41,400 nt of DNA from a virus (IMGVR_UViG_3300046795_000005:1-41400); one strand, 5' to 3'; counted from the first letter of the stretch, positions 26,350-35,924 are shown. Numbers and translations: made by a program. The notes: a model not told the origin generated them from the letters alone.

Positions 26350-27155
26350 GCGCCACCCCTCCTAAACCCTGCCGCCAGGATGGCGTCGGCTATCTTGTCG
26401 GCTCCAACCAGGCTGAGTTGCCCACCATTCACCAGGTCGATAAGATGGTCGCGCTCAGTGCGGATGGGGCGGAACACTCTAGTGCCAAGCATAGTAACCA
26501 GCGGGTCAGCCTGATATTCGAATTTCTTGGGGCCTTCATCGAACCTATGTATTGGCTGCCCATGCTCGTTTACGCCAAACACCTTGGTTCTCAGGTATTC
26601 CATCCGTCCCTCGTTCCAGAGGGCCTCACACTCGATGCCAACTGGCGGCAGCTCCCCGCGCTCGAACCAGTCAGCAGGCTCAAACTTGTACTTATCCTTC
26701 ACAAGCTCAGGCACGGCCGCCCGCACGTTCTGTAGTGCCTCATCGAGGCGCTTGATGACGGCTGGTTCTGAGAGATCGGCAGGCCGCTTCTCCAGCGTGT
26801 CGCGCCAGCCTCCAAGAACTTCGCCGAGTGTAGAAGCAGCCCCGCGGGAATTATCCCCAGGCCACCATCCGCGCATACCTGGATGAGATGGCTTGGTCGG
26901 ATACCAGAACCACGTCCCGTTATCATCCTGCGCCAGCCAATTAGCCAACTCCGGCGCATCATCCCAGCTCGGCTTGTTCTGCAACTCGGCGCGGCGGGCA
27001 AGCCATTGGCAGCGAGTGAACTTAGCAAACGGCATCCCGTCGCCATACTTTGCAATCCCCTCGTTTACATCACGCGAGATGGTCTTGGCTTCTTGGTGCT
27101 TCCACTTATGGACATTCCGAGCCAGCCAAGTCAGGTCATCGTTCTGTTGGCTCAT
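26346..27155 (-). CDS. Hypothetical protein
   Basis: 269 aa; PSWDDAP-x-x-A-x-WLAQD and GELPPVG-x-x-CE modules common in phage accessory genes. Confidence 0.8.
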   Translation of the reverse strand: MSQQNDDLTWLARNVHKWKHQEAKTISRDVNEGIAKYGDGMPFAKFTRCQWLARRAELQNKPSWDDAPELANWLAQDDNGTWFWYPTKPSHPGMRGWWPGDNSRGAASTLGEVLGGWRDTLEKRPADLSEPAVIKRLDEALQNVRAAVPELVKDKYKFEPADWFERGELPPVGIECEALWNEGRMEYLRTKVFGVNEHGQPIHRFDEGPKKFEYQADPLVTMLGTRVFRPIRTERDHLIDLVNGGQLSLVGADKIADAILAAGFRRGGA

Positions 27156-27433
27156 ACAGCCTCCCCAGCAGACAAGGCAGCCCTGTCAGCAGCAATGCCA
27201 GCCAGTTGGAGTGCGTAGGCCTCCTTGGCTTTCCGCTCCTGCTCGTCAATCGCATCCAGTTCGACTCTCAGGATTTGTTCTTGATCCAACATCTTAAACT
27301 CCACATCAGCATTCTGGCTGATGCGGCAATAGTCAGCGTCGTTGCCTGCCCAGCAGGTGCCATCGCTTTTAAGGACTATGGGGGTTACACCGCCAAATCG
27401 GCGGCTTTTAAACAGTGCAATTGTCATTTTCAT
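27152..27433 (-). CDS. Hypothetical protein
   Basis: ATG 27433 with GAGGA RBS, downstream of strong promoter. Confidence 0.7.
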   Translation of the reverse strand: MKMTIALFKSRRFGGVTPIVLKSDGTCWAGNDADYCRISQNADVEFKMLDQEQILRVELDAIDEQERKAKEAYALQLAGIAADRAALSAGEAV

Positions 27434-27467
27434 AGCGGGTTCCTCGTGTGTTTGTTGATGCAAACAA

Positions 27468-27497
27468 ATCATAATGCGTTATTGCGGAAAACGCAAC
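27468..27497 (-). promoter_or_regulatory. Sigma70 promoter with operator over -35
   Basis: TTGCGT-17-TATGAT; ATTGCGGAAAACGCAAC at 27481. Confidence 0.8.
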
Positions 27498-27530
27498 GCG
27501 AGGAATTAATGAGGTTAAAATCGCATCACA

Positions 27531-27848
27531 TCAGGCAGCGAGAGCGGCCCTGGCTTCTTTGACGGAGGTGACGAATGCAGCGATGGCGCCGCGCTCTTTC
27601 ATGGCTGCGATGAACTTCTTTTGCTCGGGTGAGCGGCGGGAGCCTTTCGGCTTTTTGACCTCGAGATAAAACGCCTTAGCATCACCAGCCCGGTGGCCAA
27701 ACAGATCGGCATAGCCCTTCACGCCGATGCTGATAGGGCGTAGGTCCTGAGTCAGAAACAGGCCCACGTTGTAACGCGCGACAAAATGGCCGTCCTTTGA
27801 TAGCTCGACCATGATCTCGCGCTGCAGCGGGGTCTCGAGTTGGCTCAT
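27531..27848 (-). CDS. VRR-NUC domain nuclease
   Basis: G-x-ADL, YLEVK, SPEQKKF motifs. Confidence 0.88.
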   Translation of the reverse strand: MSQLETPLQREIMVELSKDGHFVARYNVGLFLTQDLRPISIGVKGYADLFGHRAGDAKAFYLEVKKPKGSRRSPEQKKFIAAMKERGAIAAFVTSVKEARAALAA

Positions 27849-28471
27849 GCGTTCCCCGCCGGCTCTTGCCAGCGCAGCCGCATCGTCCCCTCGACAGCCC
27901 CGGCCCCCAGATTCTCTACCAGGATGTAGAACGTGGCCCCAGCTGGCAGCCCGCGCACGGAATCAACTGCCGAGTTTTCGGAGTTAGAGGCCCCACCACC
28001 AGCCGGCGTCTTGACCCGCACTACATCGCGCAGAGATGATCCGGTGATGGCCACCGCAGCAGCCAGCCCGGCAGCAGTGGCCGATATAACGGTCAGCGAC
28101 GTATAGGTCGGGGCGCCCACCATAGTGTTGGCCGGGATGATAGGAAGCGTAGTTACAAAGGCACCTGTCGGAGTGCCGCCGGCATGCGAGGTGACCCGCA
28201 CCTGCCCATCGTCGATGGAAAGCTCGAGCGATTCGAGCAGCATATTGGAGCCCAGAACGGTGCGGAACAGCACCCGGTTGTTAGCCGGGATCTGAGTGCC
28301 GCCGGTCGTGGAAAATTCGTAGAAGGTGCGGAACTCGCGGCCACGGAAGAAGCCCGGGTTGCCCAGCGCAGAGGCTGCGATCAGCTGCTCAGCAAAAGTG
28401 CCGTCGCCCATATCTACATCGCGGCGGACAACTCCCGCGTCGTTCTCGTCCCTGACAAGTTTGTCGGCCAT
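27845..28471 (-). CDS. Hypothetical beta-rich protein
   Basis: 208 aa, Gly/Thr/Ala-rich, coupled to VRR-NUC start. Confidence 0.75.
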   Translation of the reverse strand: MADKLVRDENDAGVVRRDVDMGDGTFAEQLIAASALGNPGFFRGREFRTFYEFSTTGGTQIPANNRVLFRTVLGSNMLLESLELSIDDGQVRVTSHAGGTPTGAFVTTLPIIPANTMVGAPTYTSLTVISATAAGLAAAVAITGSSLRDVVRVKTPAGGGASNSENSAVDSVRGLPAGATFYILVENLGAGAVEGTMRLRWQEPAGNA

Positions 28472-28509
28472 GGCGTTAATCTCGGTGTGGATGTTCTAGC
28501 CAGTATACC

Positions 28510-28719
28510 CTAGCGCCTGCTCCACAACGCCAGCACATCGGCGCGCAGCTTGTCGGCTGCAGATTTGCCGCGGCGCTTCTCGACAGCTGCCAGAAAATCC
28601 TGGCGGGTAGACTTGGGCTGCATGCCCAGCACGAAGCGGGCCTCGCATTCAGATCTCCATGCCTCGCTGGCACTATCTACCAGTGTGCCGTCGACGAATT
28701 TCACAGTGGTGCTGATCAT
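28510..28719 (-). CDS. Hypothetical protein
   Basis: 69 aa SEAWR-x-ECEAR...VEKRRG; coupled to helicase. Confidence 0.7.
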   Translation of the reverse strand: MISTTVKFVDGTLVDSASEAWRSECEARFVLGMQPKSTRQDFLAAVEKRRGKSAADKLRADVLALWSRR

Positions 28720-30104
28720 GCCTGTCTCTCCTCGAATTTAATGCGGCCCATCAGCACGGCTCTAGCCCACATGGCCGGGCGCTTGTAGCCTCTAGATCTG
28801 GCGATAGCCTCCAGCTCCGGAAGCGACTGCTTGGGTCGCGGTTTCTTCTGCGCCTGCTGCTGTTCCATCACAGCCTTGGTCAGGTCGATTTCAGACAGTG
28901 TGCCGTCAACCTCATTCAGTTCGCGCGGCTTGGGTTCGAAGTGGTGGCCACAGATGCAGTCGGTCGCCTGTGACATGACGGTGGCAAAGCAATCCGGGCA
29001 GGTCTTGACCGCCATCTCCTGCGGCCCCTTCTTCCCCTTGCCACCAGCGCCAGCCAGTGACCACTCGCGGGCGATGATGGGCGAGCCGTGCCGCTCGATA
29101 TTGCCAGCATGGTCGAGGATGATGCAGTCATCTTTGCCAGGGTGAGTGCGCAGGCCGCGCCCGATCGATTGCAGGTACTTGGTCAGGCTCTGGGTCGGGG
29201 CCAGCAGGATGATGCAGGACACCGCAGGGGCATCTACTCCAGCCACCCACAGGGCGCAGTTGCAGACCACATCGAGCGCGCCGGATTGCAGACCGATCAG
29301 GGCGGCATCGCGTTCTGCCTGATCGCTGTCGCCAGAGATGGCCACAGCTCGGTAGCCCGCTGCGGAAAACTCCTGCGCAACATGCTGGGCGTGGTCGATG
29401 GAGACGCAGAACGCCACTGCCGGGCGGCCATGAGCCACGCCGCGATAGTGCTCGACAGCAGAGCCGGTGATCTTTGGTTTGTCCATCACATCCGCGAGCT
29501 CGCCGCGATTGAAGTCACCCGCTACCGAATGCACGGATGACAGGTCAGGCGCTTGCGGGGCATAGTAGCGAACCGGTGCGAGCAGGCCCTCGCCGATCAG
29601 GTCTAGCGTGGAGCACGTAGGGATGATGCAGTCGGCAATCTCACCAAGGCCCCGGCCATCGAGGCGCGTCGGGGTCGCTGTCAGCAGCAATAGCTTGGCT
29701 CGCGGAGCCCAGCGGATCACCTGCTGATAGGTTTCTGCCACAGCCAGGTGAGCCTCGTCGATGATGATCATATCAGGGGCATCGTAGCGGTCGAGGCGGC
29801 GGGCCAGGGTCTGCACCATCACGACCTGCACCGGCAGCGAGCGATTGCCATCAACGCCGGCAGCTATCCAACCGTGGGGGATGTCCTCGGCGGCCAGTTT
29901 GCGTGATGTGTCGGTCAGGATCTCGCGCAGATGAGCCACGAACCAGACCTTATTGCCCTTGGCGAGCGCGCGGTGAATGACGACTGAGGCAGTCGCCGAT
30001 TTTCCGAACCCGGTAGGAGCGACCAGGATCGGGGCTTTCTTGCCGGAGCGGTAGGCGGTCACGATGTCATCGATCGCTTTGACCTGTCGTGGTCGCAGGA
30101 TCAT
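28716..30104 (-). CDS. Superfamily 2 DEAH helicase with Zn ribbon
   Basis: APTGFGKS, DEAH, TATP, QSIGRGLR, CPDC..C-x-CGH. Confidence 0.93.
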   Translation of the reverse strand: MILRPRQVKAIDDIVTAYRSGKKAPILVAPTGFGKSATASVVIHRALAKGNKVWFVAHLREILTDTSRKLAAEDIPHGWIAAGVDGNRSLPVQVVMVQTLARRLDRYDAPDMIIIDEAHLAVAETYQQVIRWAPRAKLLLLTATPTRLDGRGLGEIADCIIPTCSTLDLIGEGLLAPVRYYAPQAPDLSSVHSVAGDFNRGELADVMDKPKITGSAVEHYRGVAHGRPAVAFCVSIDHAQHVAQEFSAAGYRAVAISGDSDQAERDAALIGLQSGALDVVCNCALWVAGVDAPAVSCIILLAPTQSLTKYLQSIGRGLRTHPGKDDCIILDHAGNIERHGSPIIAREWSLAGAGGKGKKGPQEMAVKTCPDCFATVMSQATDCICGHHFEPKPRELNEVDGTLSEIDLTKAVMEQQQAQKKPRPKQSLPELEAIARSRGYKRPAMWARAVLMGRIKFEERQA

Positions 30105-30150
30105 GTAATCGATTCACCATTCAACAAAGCAGGGTTGGCCATAGGTTGAT

Positions 30151-30420
30151 TCAACACTCCGCCGGTGTAGGATCAAGCGGCTCAGGAATGCCTGTCAGCA
30201 ACTCTGATGGAGTAAGTGGAATGCCGCGCTGCTTGGCGAGCTCCAGCAGCACGGACTGAGAACGCGACGGAACTAACCCCCCAGTGCCGCCGTCGAGTTG
30301 AGACTTTCGCCACCGTGAAATTGTACTCGGGTTCTTTTTGAGAACGCGGGCCAGCGCACAAACGCCGCCAAAGCGCTCGATAACGAGCTCAGCGGGTGAG
30401 GCATAGGGGGTGCTTTTCAT
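30151..30420 (-). CDS. Cro-like HTH regulator
   Basis: IERFGG...LARVL...STISRWRK...GGTGG-x-VP; divergent from repressor. Confidence 0.8.
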   Translation of the reverse strand: MKSTPYASPAELVIERFGGVCALARVLKKNPSTISRWRKSQLDGGTGGLVPSRSQSVLLELAKQRGIPLTPSELLTGIPEPLDPTPAEC

Positions 30421-30430
30421 GATTATCCTT

Positions 30431-30477
30431 GTTGAGAATTTCCCACAGATTCTACGCGCCAGCGCAAAAAACGCAAT
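30431..30477 (-). promoter_or_regulatory. Leftward promoter with operator-like sites (immunity region)
   Basis: TTGCGT-16-TAGAAT; GTTGAGAATTTCCCACA (30431) and AGCGCAAAAAACGCAAT (30461). Confidence 0.65.
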
Positions 30478-30540
30478 GAATCCGGTTGCGAAACGGTGGC
30501 TGCATATGCTTTATGGTGCAGATCATTTTGGAGTAATTCC

Positions 30541-31134
30541 TTGCCATTCAGTGTCGACACGAAATGGTTCCATGACCGCCTGGCCGACCGGAAGCTGTCG
30601 CAGCGGGAGCTGGCCAGGCGTATCGAGCTCGACCCATCAGCCCTGTCCCTCACATTCAGAGGGCGCCGGTCGATGAAACTCACCGAGGCCGCTGAAATAT
30701 CCCGCCTGCTGGGTGTCCCGCTTGACGAGGTGCTGTTCCGGGCTGGGGTCGAAAAGAACTCCGGCGGGCGCACCCTGGCCATCTCCGGCTGGATGGACAT
30801 GCAGGGCGAGGTGCATTTCGACAACGAGCTTGGCGAGATACCCCACCCTGGCGGCGAGATCCCGGGCGGCGTGACGGTCGTGCAGTGCCGCACCGCCGGA
30901 TCCGTCATCGACTACATGGACGGCTGGGTGTTCTTTATTGGTTCGACCGCGGAGCCACCCTCCATGGCCCACCTCTCCCGCCTGTGCATCGTGCGCATGA
31001 CCGGCGGCGTCATTTACCTAGCCCAACTGCGGCGAGGCTACCGGCCAGGGCGTTGGAATTTATCCGGCCCAGTGGCGCAATTCACAGACGTGACCCTCGA
31101 CTGGTCTGCCCCAGTCCTATCCATTAAAACTTAA
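30541..31134 (+). CDS. XRE-family HTH repressor
   Basis: LSQRELARRI...SALS...G-x-R HTH; probable TTG start at 30541 after GGAG. Confidence 0.85.
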   Translation: MPFSVDTKWFHDRLADRKLSQRELARRIELDPSALSLTFRGRRSMKLTEAAEISRLLGVPLDEVLFRAGVEKNSGGRTLAISGWMDMQGEVHFDNELGEIPHPGGEIPGGVTVVQCRTAGSVIDYMDGWVFFIGSTAEPPSMAHLSRLCIVRMTGGVIYLAQLRRGYRPGRWNLSGPVAQFTDVTLDWSAPVLSIKT

Positions 31135-31174
31135 CATGCATTGTAATGTCGTCTGATTTATTTGCGTCCTGACT

Positions 31175-31220
31175 GTTGCGTTTATCACAACACCGTTTTA
31201 TGATGTGTGCAAATCACAAC
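31175..31220 (+). promoter_or_regulatory. Sigma70 promoter of early/recombination operon with two operator-like sites
   Basis: TTGCGT(31176)-17-TATGAT(31199); GTTGCGTTTATCACAAC (31175), TGTGTGCAAATCACAAC (31204). Confidence 0.8.
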
Positions 31221-31234
31221 AGGACGAGATAGAC

Positions 31235-32188
31235 ATGACAAGAGAACGCATTACCCCCGACAACGAGGCGCACTGGTTAGAAATGCGCAAGCTGGACTTA
31301 ACCTCTACCGAGAGTGCAGCGCTGTTTGGCCTGTCGCCTTACATGACTGAGTACGAGCTCTATCACCGCAAGAAGTCAGGCGATGTGCCGGAGTTTGAGG
31401 TGAACACCCGCATGTTCTGGGGCACCGCACTCGAGGCGGCCATCGCCCACGGCCTCGCAGCAGAACATGGCTGGGTCATTCGCCCCATGAAGGATTACAT
31501 GCGACTGGCTGACCAGCGGGTAGGCTCCTCCTTCGACTTCGAGATCACCAGTCTCGACGAGCCGACCCACCTCGAGATCAAGAACGTCGATTTCCTGGCC
31601 TTCCGTGATGGCTGGATTGAGCACGATGACGGGTTCATCGAGGCACCCGCCCACATTGAGCTCCAGGTGCAGCACCAGATGATGGTGTCAGGCTATACCC
31701 GCTCCTTTATCGGCGCGCTGGTTGGCGGAAACAGGGCGATCGTCATTGAGCGTGAGCGTGATGATGCGGTTATCGCATCGCTGCAGGCCAAGATTGCTAA
31801 ATTCTGGACGCGGGTTGATGCCGGTGACGAGCCGCCCCCCATCTACCCGGATGACGCCGCAGCCATCATTGCCCAGTTGTCCTATTCAGAGCCCGGCAAG
31901 ATCCTCGATGCCTCCAGCGACGTGACCATTGCAGCCCTGTGTGCCGACTACAAGGAAGCAGCAGCCCGCTGCAAGAACGCCGAGGAAGACAAGAAGGTTG
32001 CCCAGGCCAAGCTGCTGACCCTGATTGGCGATGCTGAAAAGGTGCTGGCCGATGGCTTCAAGATTTCGGCGACCATGGTGGCGGATACCCCGGCAACTGT
32101 GATCACGGCAGAGATGGTCGGCACCAGCTACGGCGGGCGCAACGGCTACCGCCGAATGACCATCACCCCAGCGAAGGTGGCGAAATGA
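31235..32188 (+). CDS. YqaJ-like viral recombinase exonuclease
   Basis: WL-x-x-R, GLSPY, WG-x-x-LE, S-x-D, LEIK, QVQHQM motifs. Confidence 0.9.
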   Translation: MTRERITPDNEAHWLEMRKLDLTSTESAALFGLSPYMTEYELYHRKKSGDVPEFEVNTRMFWGTALEAAIAHGLAAEHGWVIRPMKDYMRLADQRVGSSFDFEITSLDEPTHLEIKNVDFLAFRDGWIEHDDGFIEAPAHIELQVQHQMMVSGYTRSFIGALVGGNRAIVIERERDDAVIASLQAKIAKFWTRVDAGDEPPPIYPDDAAAIIAQLSYSEPGKILDASSDVTIAALCADYKEAAARCKNAEEDKKVAQAKLLTLIGDAEKVLADGFKISATMVADTPATVITAEMVGTSYGGRNGYRRMTITPAKVAK

Positions 32189-32346
32189 AACCGACAAAGG
32201 CGCAGCTTGCCGTGACAGCCGTCATGCTTCCAATTCTAGTAGTTGGGATGATCGCTGGTTTTGTCTGGGTGGCATTAGCGTCAGGGTGGCACGCCTCGTT
32301 TGACATCGCTTACCAATTTATCGTCACACCAAAAAGTAAGGAGTAA
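32185..32346 (+). CDS. Small membrane protein (53 aa), not in ORF track
   Basis: MKPTKAQLAVTAVMLPILVVGMIAGFVWVAL...; fills gap between exonuclease and recT. Confidence 0.6.
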   Translation: MKPTKAQLAVTAVMLPILVVGMIAGFVWVALASGWHASFDIAYQFIVTPKSKE

Positions 32347-32351
32347 CACCC

Positions 32352-33236
32352 ATGGCTAACAATCAGATCACCGTTATCGACGAGGTGCGCGGCGCCCTAA
32401 CCAGAATGGAACCGCAGTTCAAAGCAGCACTACCGAAGCATGTTACTCCTGACCGCTTCCTGCGCATCACCATGACCGCAGTGCAAGGCAACCCGAAACT
32501 GCTCGAGTGTAACAGAACCTCCCTCTATGCGGCATGTATGAAGGCCGCACAGGATGGCTTGCTGCCAGATGGCAGAGAGGGAGCGATCATCCCACGCAAG
32601 GGCGTCGCGCAATGGCAGGTCATGGTCGCCGGGGTCATGAAAAAAGTGAGAAACAGCGGCGAGATCTCAACGTGGAGCGTTCACACCGTCCACGAGAATG
32701 ACGATTTCGAGTATGTCCTCGGCGACGATGAGCGCATCACCCACCGCCCAGCACTCAAGAACAGGGGCGCGCTGATAGGCGCGTACTCTATTGTCCTGAT
32801 GAAGGACGGCGAGCGCAGCCGGGAATATATGGGGGAGGATGAAATCCTTTCCATTCGTGACCGCAGTGACGGCTACCGGTATGCCAAGAGCAAAGGCAGC
32901 ACCGACAACCCTTGGATAACTGATCCTGGTGAAATGTATAAAAAGACCGTCATTCGCCGGCACTCCAAGCGCTTACCCATGAGCACCGATCTCGACGAGA
33001 TGCTGCGCGACGACGACCATCAGTTCACTCAGCAACCGTCAGATCCAGTGCAGCACGCAGAGCCGCAGGCCGAAGCCGCCCCAGCCAAGCGCACTCGCCC
33101 CAGCCGCCTGCAAACTGTGGTAGACCAGGCTCCTCCAGCGCACACCGAAGACGGCGAGGTGATTGAGCACGAGCCGCAGGCTAACGGTTACACCCCCGCC
33201 AGCGAGTTCAATGACTACGACGAGAGCCCAATATAA
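32352..33236 (+). CDS. recT: RecT single-strand annealing protein
   Basis: ALPKH...RF-x-R, L-x-x-C-x-x-x-S, GL-x-PDG, W-x-x-D-x-x-EM-x-KKTVIRR-x-x-K-x-LP-x-S; acidic SPI tail. Confidence 0.92.
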   Translation: MANNQITVIDEVRGALTRMEPQFKAALPKHVTPDRFLRITMTAVQGNPKLLECNRTSLYAACMKAAQDGLLPDGREGAIIPRKGVAQWQVMVAGVMKKVRNSGEISTWSVHTVHENDDFEYVLGDDERITHRPALKNRGALIGAYSIVLMKDGERSREYMGEDEILSIRDRSDGYRYAKSKGSTDNPWITDPGEMYKKTVIRRHSKRLPMSTDLDEMLRDDDHQFTQQPSDPVQHAEPQAEAAPAKRTRPSRLQTVVDQAPPAHTEDGEVIEHEPQANGYTPASEFNDYDESPI

Positions 33237-33248
33237 ATGGAGGCGACA

Positions 33249-33449
33249 ATGACAGCGGAAACACGGGACGACGACCTGCTGACCCCGGCAGAGGTGGCCA
33301 AGCTCCTGTCGATGCACGAAGGATCGCTCGCTGCCTGGCGCTCCCAGAAGCGGGGCCCGAAGTGGGTCAAGCTCGGCGATAAACCTAAATCCCCCGTGCG
33401 CTATCGGCGCGGGGATCTTGCGAAGTACCTGGCAGACAATCAGGCATAA
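33249..33449 (+). CDS. Excisionase/AlpA-like winged HTH protein
   Basis: LLTP-x-EVA-x-x-L, L-x-x-WR...GP-x-x-x-K-x-G...VRY. Confidence 0.85.
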   Translation: MTAETRDDDLLTPAEVAKLLSMHEGSLAAWRSQKRGPKWVKLGDKPKSPVRYRRGDLAKYLADNQA

Positions 33450-33460
33450 CGGAGAACAGC

Positions 33461-33592
33461 ATGAAAGATTACGTCAATACCCCACGACCCACCGCCTTCC
33501 AGTTCTGGATGCGCAAGAACGAGCGCCACGTACAGGCCGCCATCTTGATCATCGCCCTGGCCATCATCGGTTCAATTGGAGGTGGGATGTGA
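33461..33592 (+). CDS. 43-aa peptide with C-terminal hydrophobic segment
   Basis: GGAG RBS, ATG 33461; translated by hand. Confidence 0.55.
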   Translation: MKDYVNTPRPTAFQFWMRKNERHVQAAILIIALAIIGSIGGGM

Positions 33593-33798
33593 GCTTTGAA
33601 CTCCGCCCCACCAACAGCGTCGTTTTCGCCGAGCGTATGCGCAACAGCGAAGCCAGAAAGCAGCAGGAGATGGAGCAGGTCAGCCGCCACCCTCGCGGGG
33701 AGAACCGACGCAAGGCGCAGGCAATGCGCAGGATCGAAGACATTCTCGACCAGAGGAAACTGGCCGAGCAGTTCAAAGAGATATGGGAGGAAGAATGA
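33589..33798 (+). CDS. Hypothetical protein
   Basis: GTG start overlapping upstream stop; RRIED...RKL helical motif. Confidence 0.6.
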   Translation: MSFELRPTNSVVFAERMRNSEARKQQEMEQVSRHPRGENRRKAQAMRRIEDILDQRKLAEQFKEIWEEE

Positions 33799-34247
33799 AA
33801 GAACAAAGCACGAACAAGCACACAGCGGAGCCATGGGTAGTCAGCGGGATTGGAGGAGGCTTCGACCTTATAGAAGCCGAGCTGCAGCACCGGCACATAC
33901 CTGTCAATGACTCCCAAGCCATGGCTAGGACGTTCGGTCCAGACCGGGAAGCCAACGCCCGCCGCATAGTCAAGTGTGTGAACGCCATGGCCGGCATCGG
34001 CGATGACAACGCCCTGTTCTACCCGGGTAACACCGTGCGCTCTGTTATCGTCAGCATGAAGACTAAGCAGCTGGAGCTGGAGCAACAGCGCGACCAGCTC
34101 CTGGCAGCACTGAAGACTGTGCAGGCAGTCGCCAACGAAAGCGCTGGGATTGCCGGGTGGCACCTGAACGGTGACATAGCGAAATGGGGCGAGGTACTGC
34201 CTGAGATCGACACCGCCATCGCCGCGGTCGAAGGCGGTGAGGCATGA
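33795..34247 (+). CDS. Hypothetical protein (HT-x-EPW / ANARRIV-x-CVNA family)
   Basis: GGAGG RBS, coupled overlaps. Confidence 0.75.
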   Translation: MKEQSTNKHTAEPWVVSGIGGGFDLIEAELQHRHIPVNDSQAMARTFGPDREANARRIVKCVNAMAGIGDDNALFYPGNTVRSVIVSMKTKQLELEQQRDQLLAALKTVQAVANESAGIAGWHLNGDIAKWGEVLPEIDTAIAAVEGGEA

Positions 34248-35164
34248 GCAAACACACACCGGAGCCGTGGCCTCACTTCATTGATTGCTGCGAGCCAAGC
34301 ACTCCGCACCCAGAGAGCGATGGCGTTGTTCGACTGGGGTTTGATGACTACGACCGGGCGCGTGCCTGCGTGAATGCTTGCGCAGACATCAGCACCGAAG
34401 TGCTGGAAGTGCATACCGGGCCCCGGCTCCTGCACACCCGTTTAGAGGAGTCGTTCAGCAGGATTGACACACTGCTTGGCGAGCGAAATGCCACCGGCCT
34501 AGCTATCGATGCAGCGATCCGCACCGGTGTCGTTCCGGAGCAGCACCCGCTGCGCTCCCGACTGGAGATGTTGGCCAACCACCGCAAGCGCGAGCAGGAT
34601 CTGTCCGCCCAGCTCACAGACGCCACCCGGCACGTCGCCGCCCTTGAACCGCAAGCTAATGCCGCACACCTCGCCGGTCATGCGCTCGGACTGATGGCGG
34701 GATCTGACGTTACCACCGAACTGATGCCGGCAATCAAGGCGGCGGTCAGTTCAGCTAACGCATGGAAGAGCCTTCATAAATGGGTCAATGACGAGCGCAA
34801 CAATCCACAGATGGAGATCATGCATTCTGTTTCTGTTGAGTTGCACAAAGATGGCTGCTTCTCTGCGTGGATTCATCTCTCACGCTTTATCGAGGCACTG
34901 TTTGATCGAATTAGTGATCTTGAAGAGGACGACGCCGCCCTGGCTGGCAATGTGCCAGACCATATTGCTGACGCCAACAAAATGGTCGTTCCGGAAGGCT
35001 GGCAGCTGGTGCCGGTGGAGCCGACTGTTGAGATGTGGCGAGCCGTGAACAAGCTTGATGATGAGATGGCGGCTGGTGGATATGACGGGAAGGGCGCCTC
35101 TATTGAGCAGTGCTGGGACTGCCTGCTCGCCGCCGCGCCGAAGCCGGAAGGCGGTGCCTCATGA
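34244..35164 (+). CDS. Mosaic hypothetical protein (HT-x-EPW N-terminus; VPEGW-x-LVP-x-EPT-x-EM C-terminus)
   Basis: 306 aa, coupled overlaps. Confidence 0.75.
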   Translation: MSKHTPEPWPHFIDCCEPSTPHPESDGVVRLGFDDYDRARACVNACADISTEVLEVHTGPRLLHTRLEESFSRIDTLLGERNATGLAIDAAIRTGVVPEQHPLRSRLEMLANHRKREQDLSAQLTDATRHVAALEPQANAAHLAGHALGLMAGSDVTTELMPAIKAAVSSANAWKSLHKWVNDERNNPQMEIMHSVSVELHKDGCFSAWIHLSRFIEALFDRISDLEEDDAALAGNVPDHIADANKMVVPEGWQLVPVEPTVEMWRAVNKLDDEMAAGGYDGKGASIEQCWDCLLAAAPKPEGGAS

Positions 35165-35505
35165 CCCCACGCAACCCAAAGCCCAATAAAACCCTGCAGA
35201 TCGCCCGCTACCTGCTGGCCAAGGGTGTCGCGATGGATGCGCGGCAGGTTTACGAGACTGGCTTCCGCTTCTCTGGCGATGATGTGACGACAGTCGAGGC
35301 GATCAGTTCGCTGATGCACAAGATGCGCCTGTCTGCGAAGTACAGCATCGAGCAGTCCCTTCGCGGCTACTTCGGCAACGGCACGACGCAGATCAAGGTG
35401 ATAGCCATCAGTGGCGATACCACTCAGAGAGATGTGGCAGTGAGAGACACGAGGCGAGACATGTGGCGCATGCTGCTGACGATGCCGGTGCCACAACATG
35501 TCTGA
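35161..35505 (+). CDS. Hypothetical protein
   Basis: ATG 35161 overlaps upstream stop. Confidence 0.7.
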   Translation: MTPRNPKPNKTLQIARYLLAKGVAMDARQVYETGFRFSGDDVTTVEAISSLMHKMRLSAKYSIEQSLRGYFGNGTTQIKVIAISGDTTQRDVAVRDTRRDMWRMLLTMPVPQHV

Positions 35506-35659
35506 CTACTGCGAGCGACTGATAGCCTACGTGATGGGCCACGGCGGCAAATCAAGAGAGCAGGCAGAAGCATGGCTCGATACCGAGTGCCCAGCTTGGA
35601 GGATGGGCCAGCCACCACAGGCTGGCACTATCGAGGTGAGCAGCGAGGATGATGAGTGA
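35498..35659 (+). CDS. Hypothetical protein (53 aa), not in ORF track
   Basis: MSDYCERLIAYVMGHGG...; overlaps upstream stop. Confidence 0.55.
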   Translation: MSDYCERLIAYVMGHGGKSREQAEAWLDTECPAWRMGQPPQAGTIEVSSEDDE

Positions 35660-35735
35660 TCCGGCTGGCCTGCTTGTTCCTGTCGCTGCTGTTGCTGTGG
35701 TGCTTCGCCATAGCGGTAATTTCTGGAGGTGGATC

Positions 35736-35924
35736 ATGAAATGCGATCACGTTTGGCACTTGGTGAGTGACTGGTCTGGGGATGCAGGTCTGCCCAGAGG
35801 CACCGTGGATTTCGAGTATGCCTGCTGCTCGCTGTGCGGAGAGGAAAGCACGGATAGGCAGGTCATCAGCGAGGTCGAGACGGCTGACGATTACAGCGAC
35901 GCTGAATGGTTTGGCGTGGCTTGA
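35736..35924 (+). CDS. Small Zn-finger-like protein
   Basis: GGAGG RBS; C-x-H...C-x-x-CG. Confidence 0.6.
   Translation: MKCDHVWHLVSDWSGDAGLPRGTVDFEYACCSLCGEESTDRQVISEVETADDYSDAEWFGVA

Noticed and set aside
27466-27492. dif-like site (CATAATGCGTTATT)
   Set aside because: XerD arm does not match; explained by promoter -10 and operator
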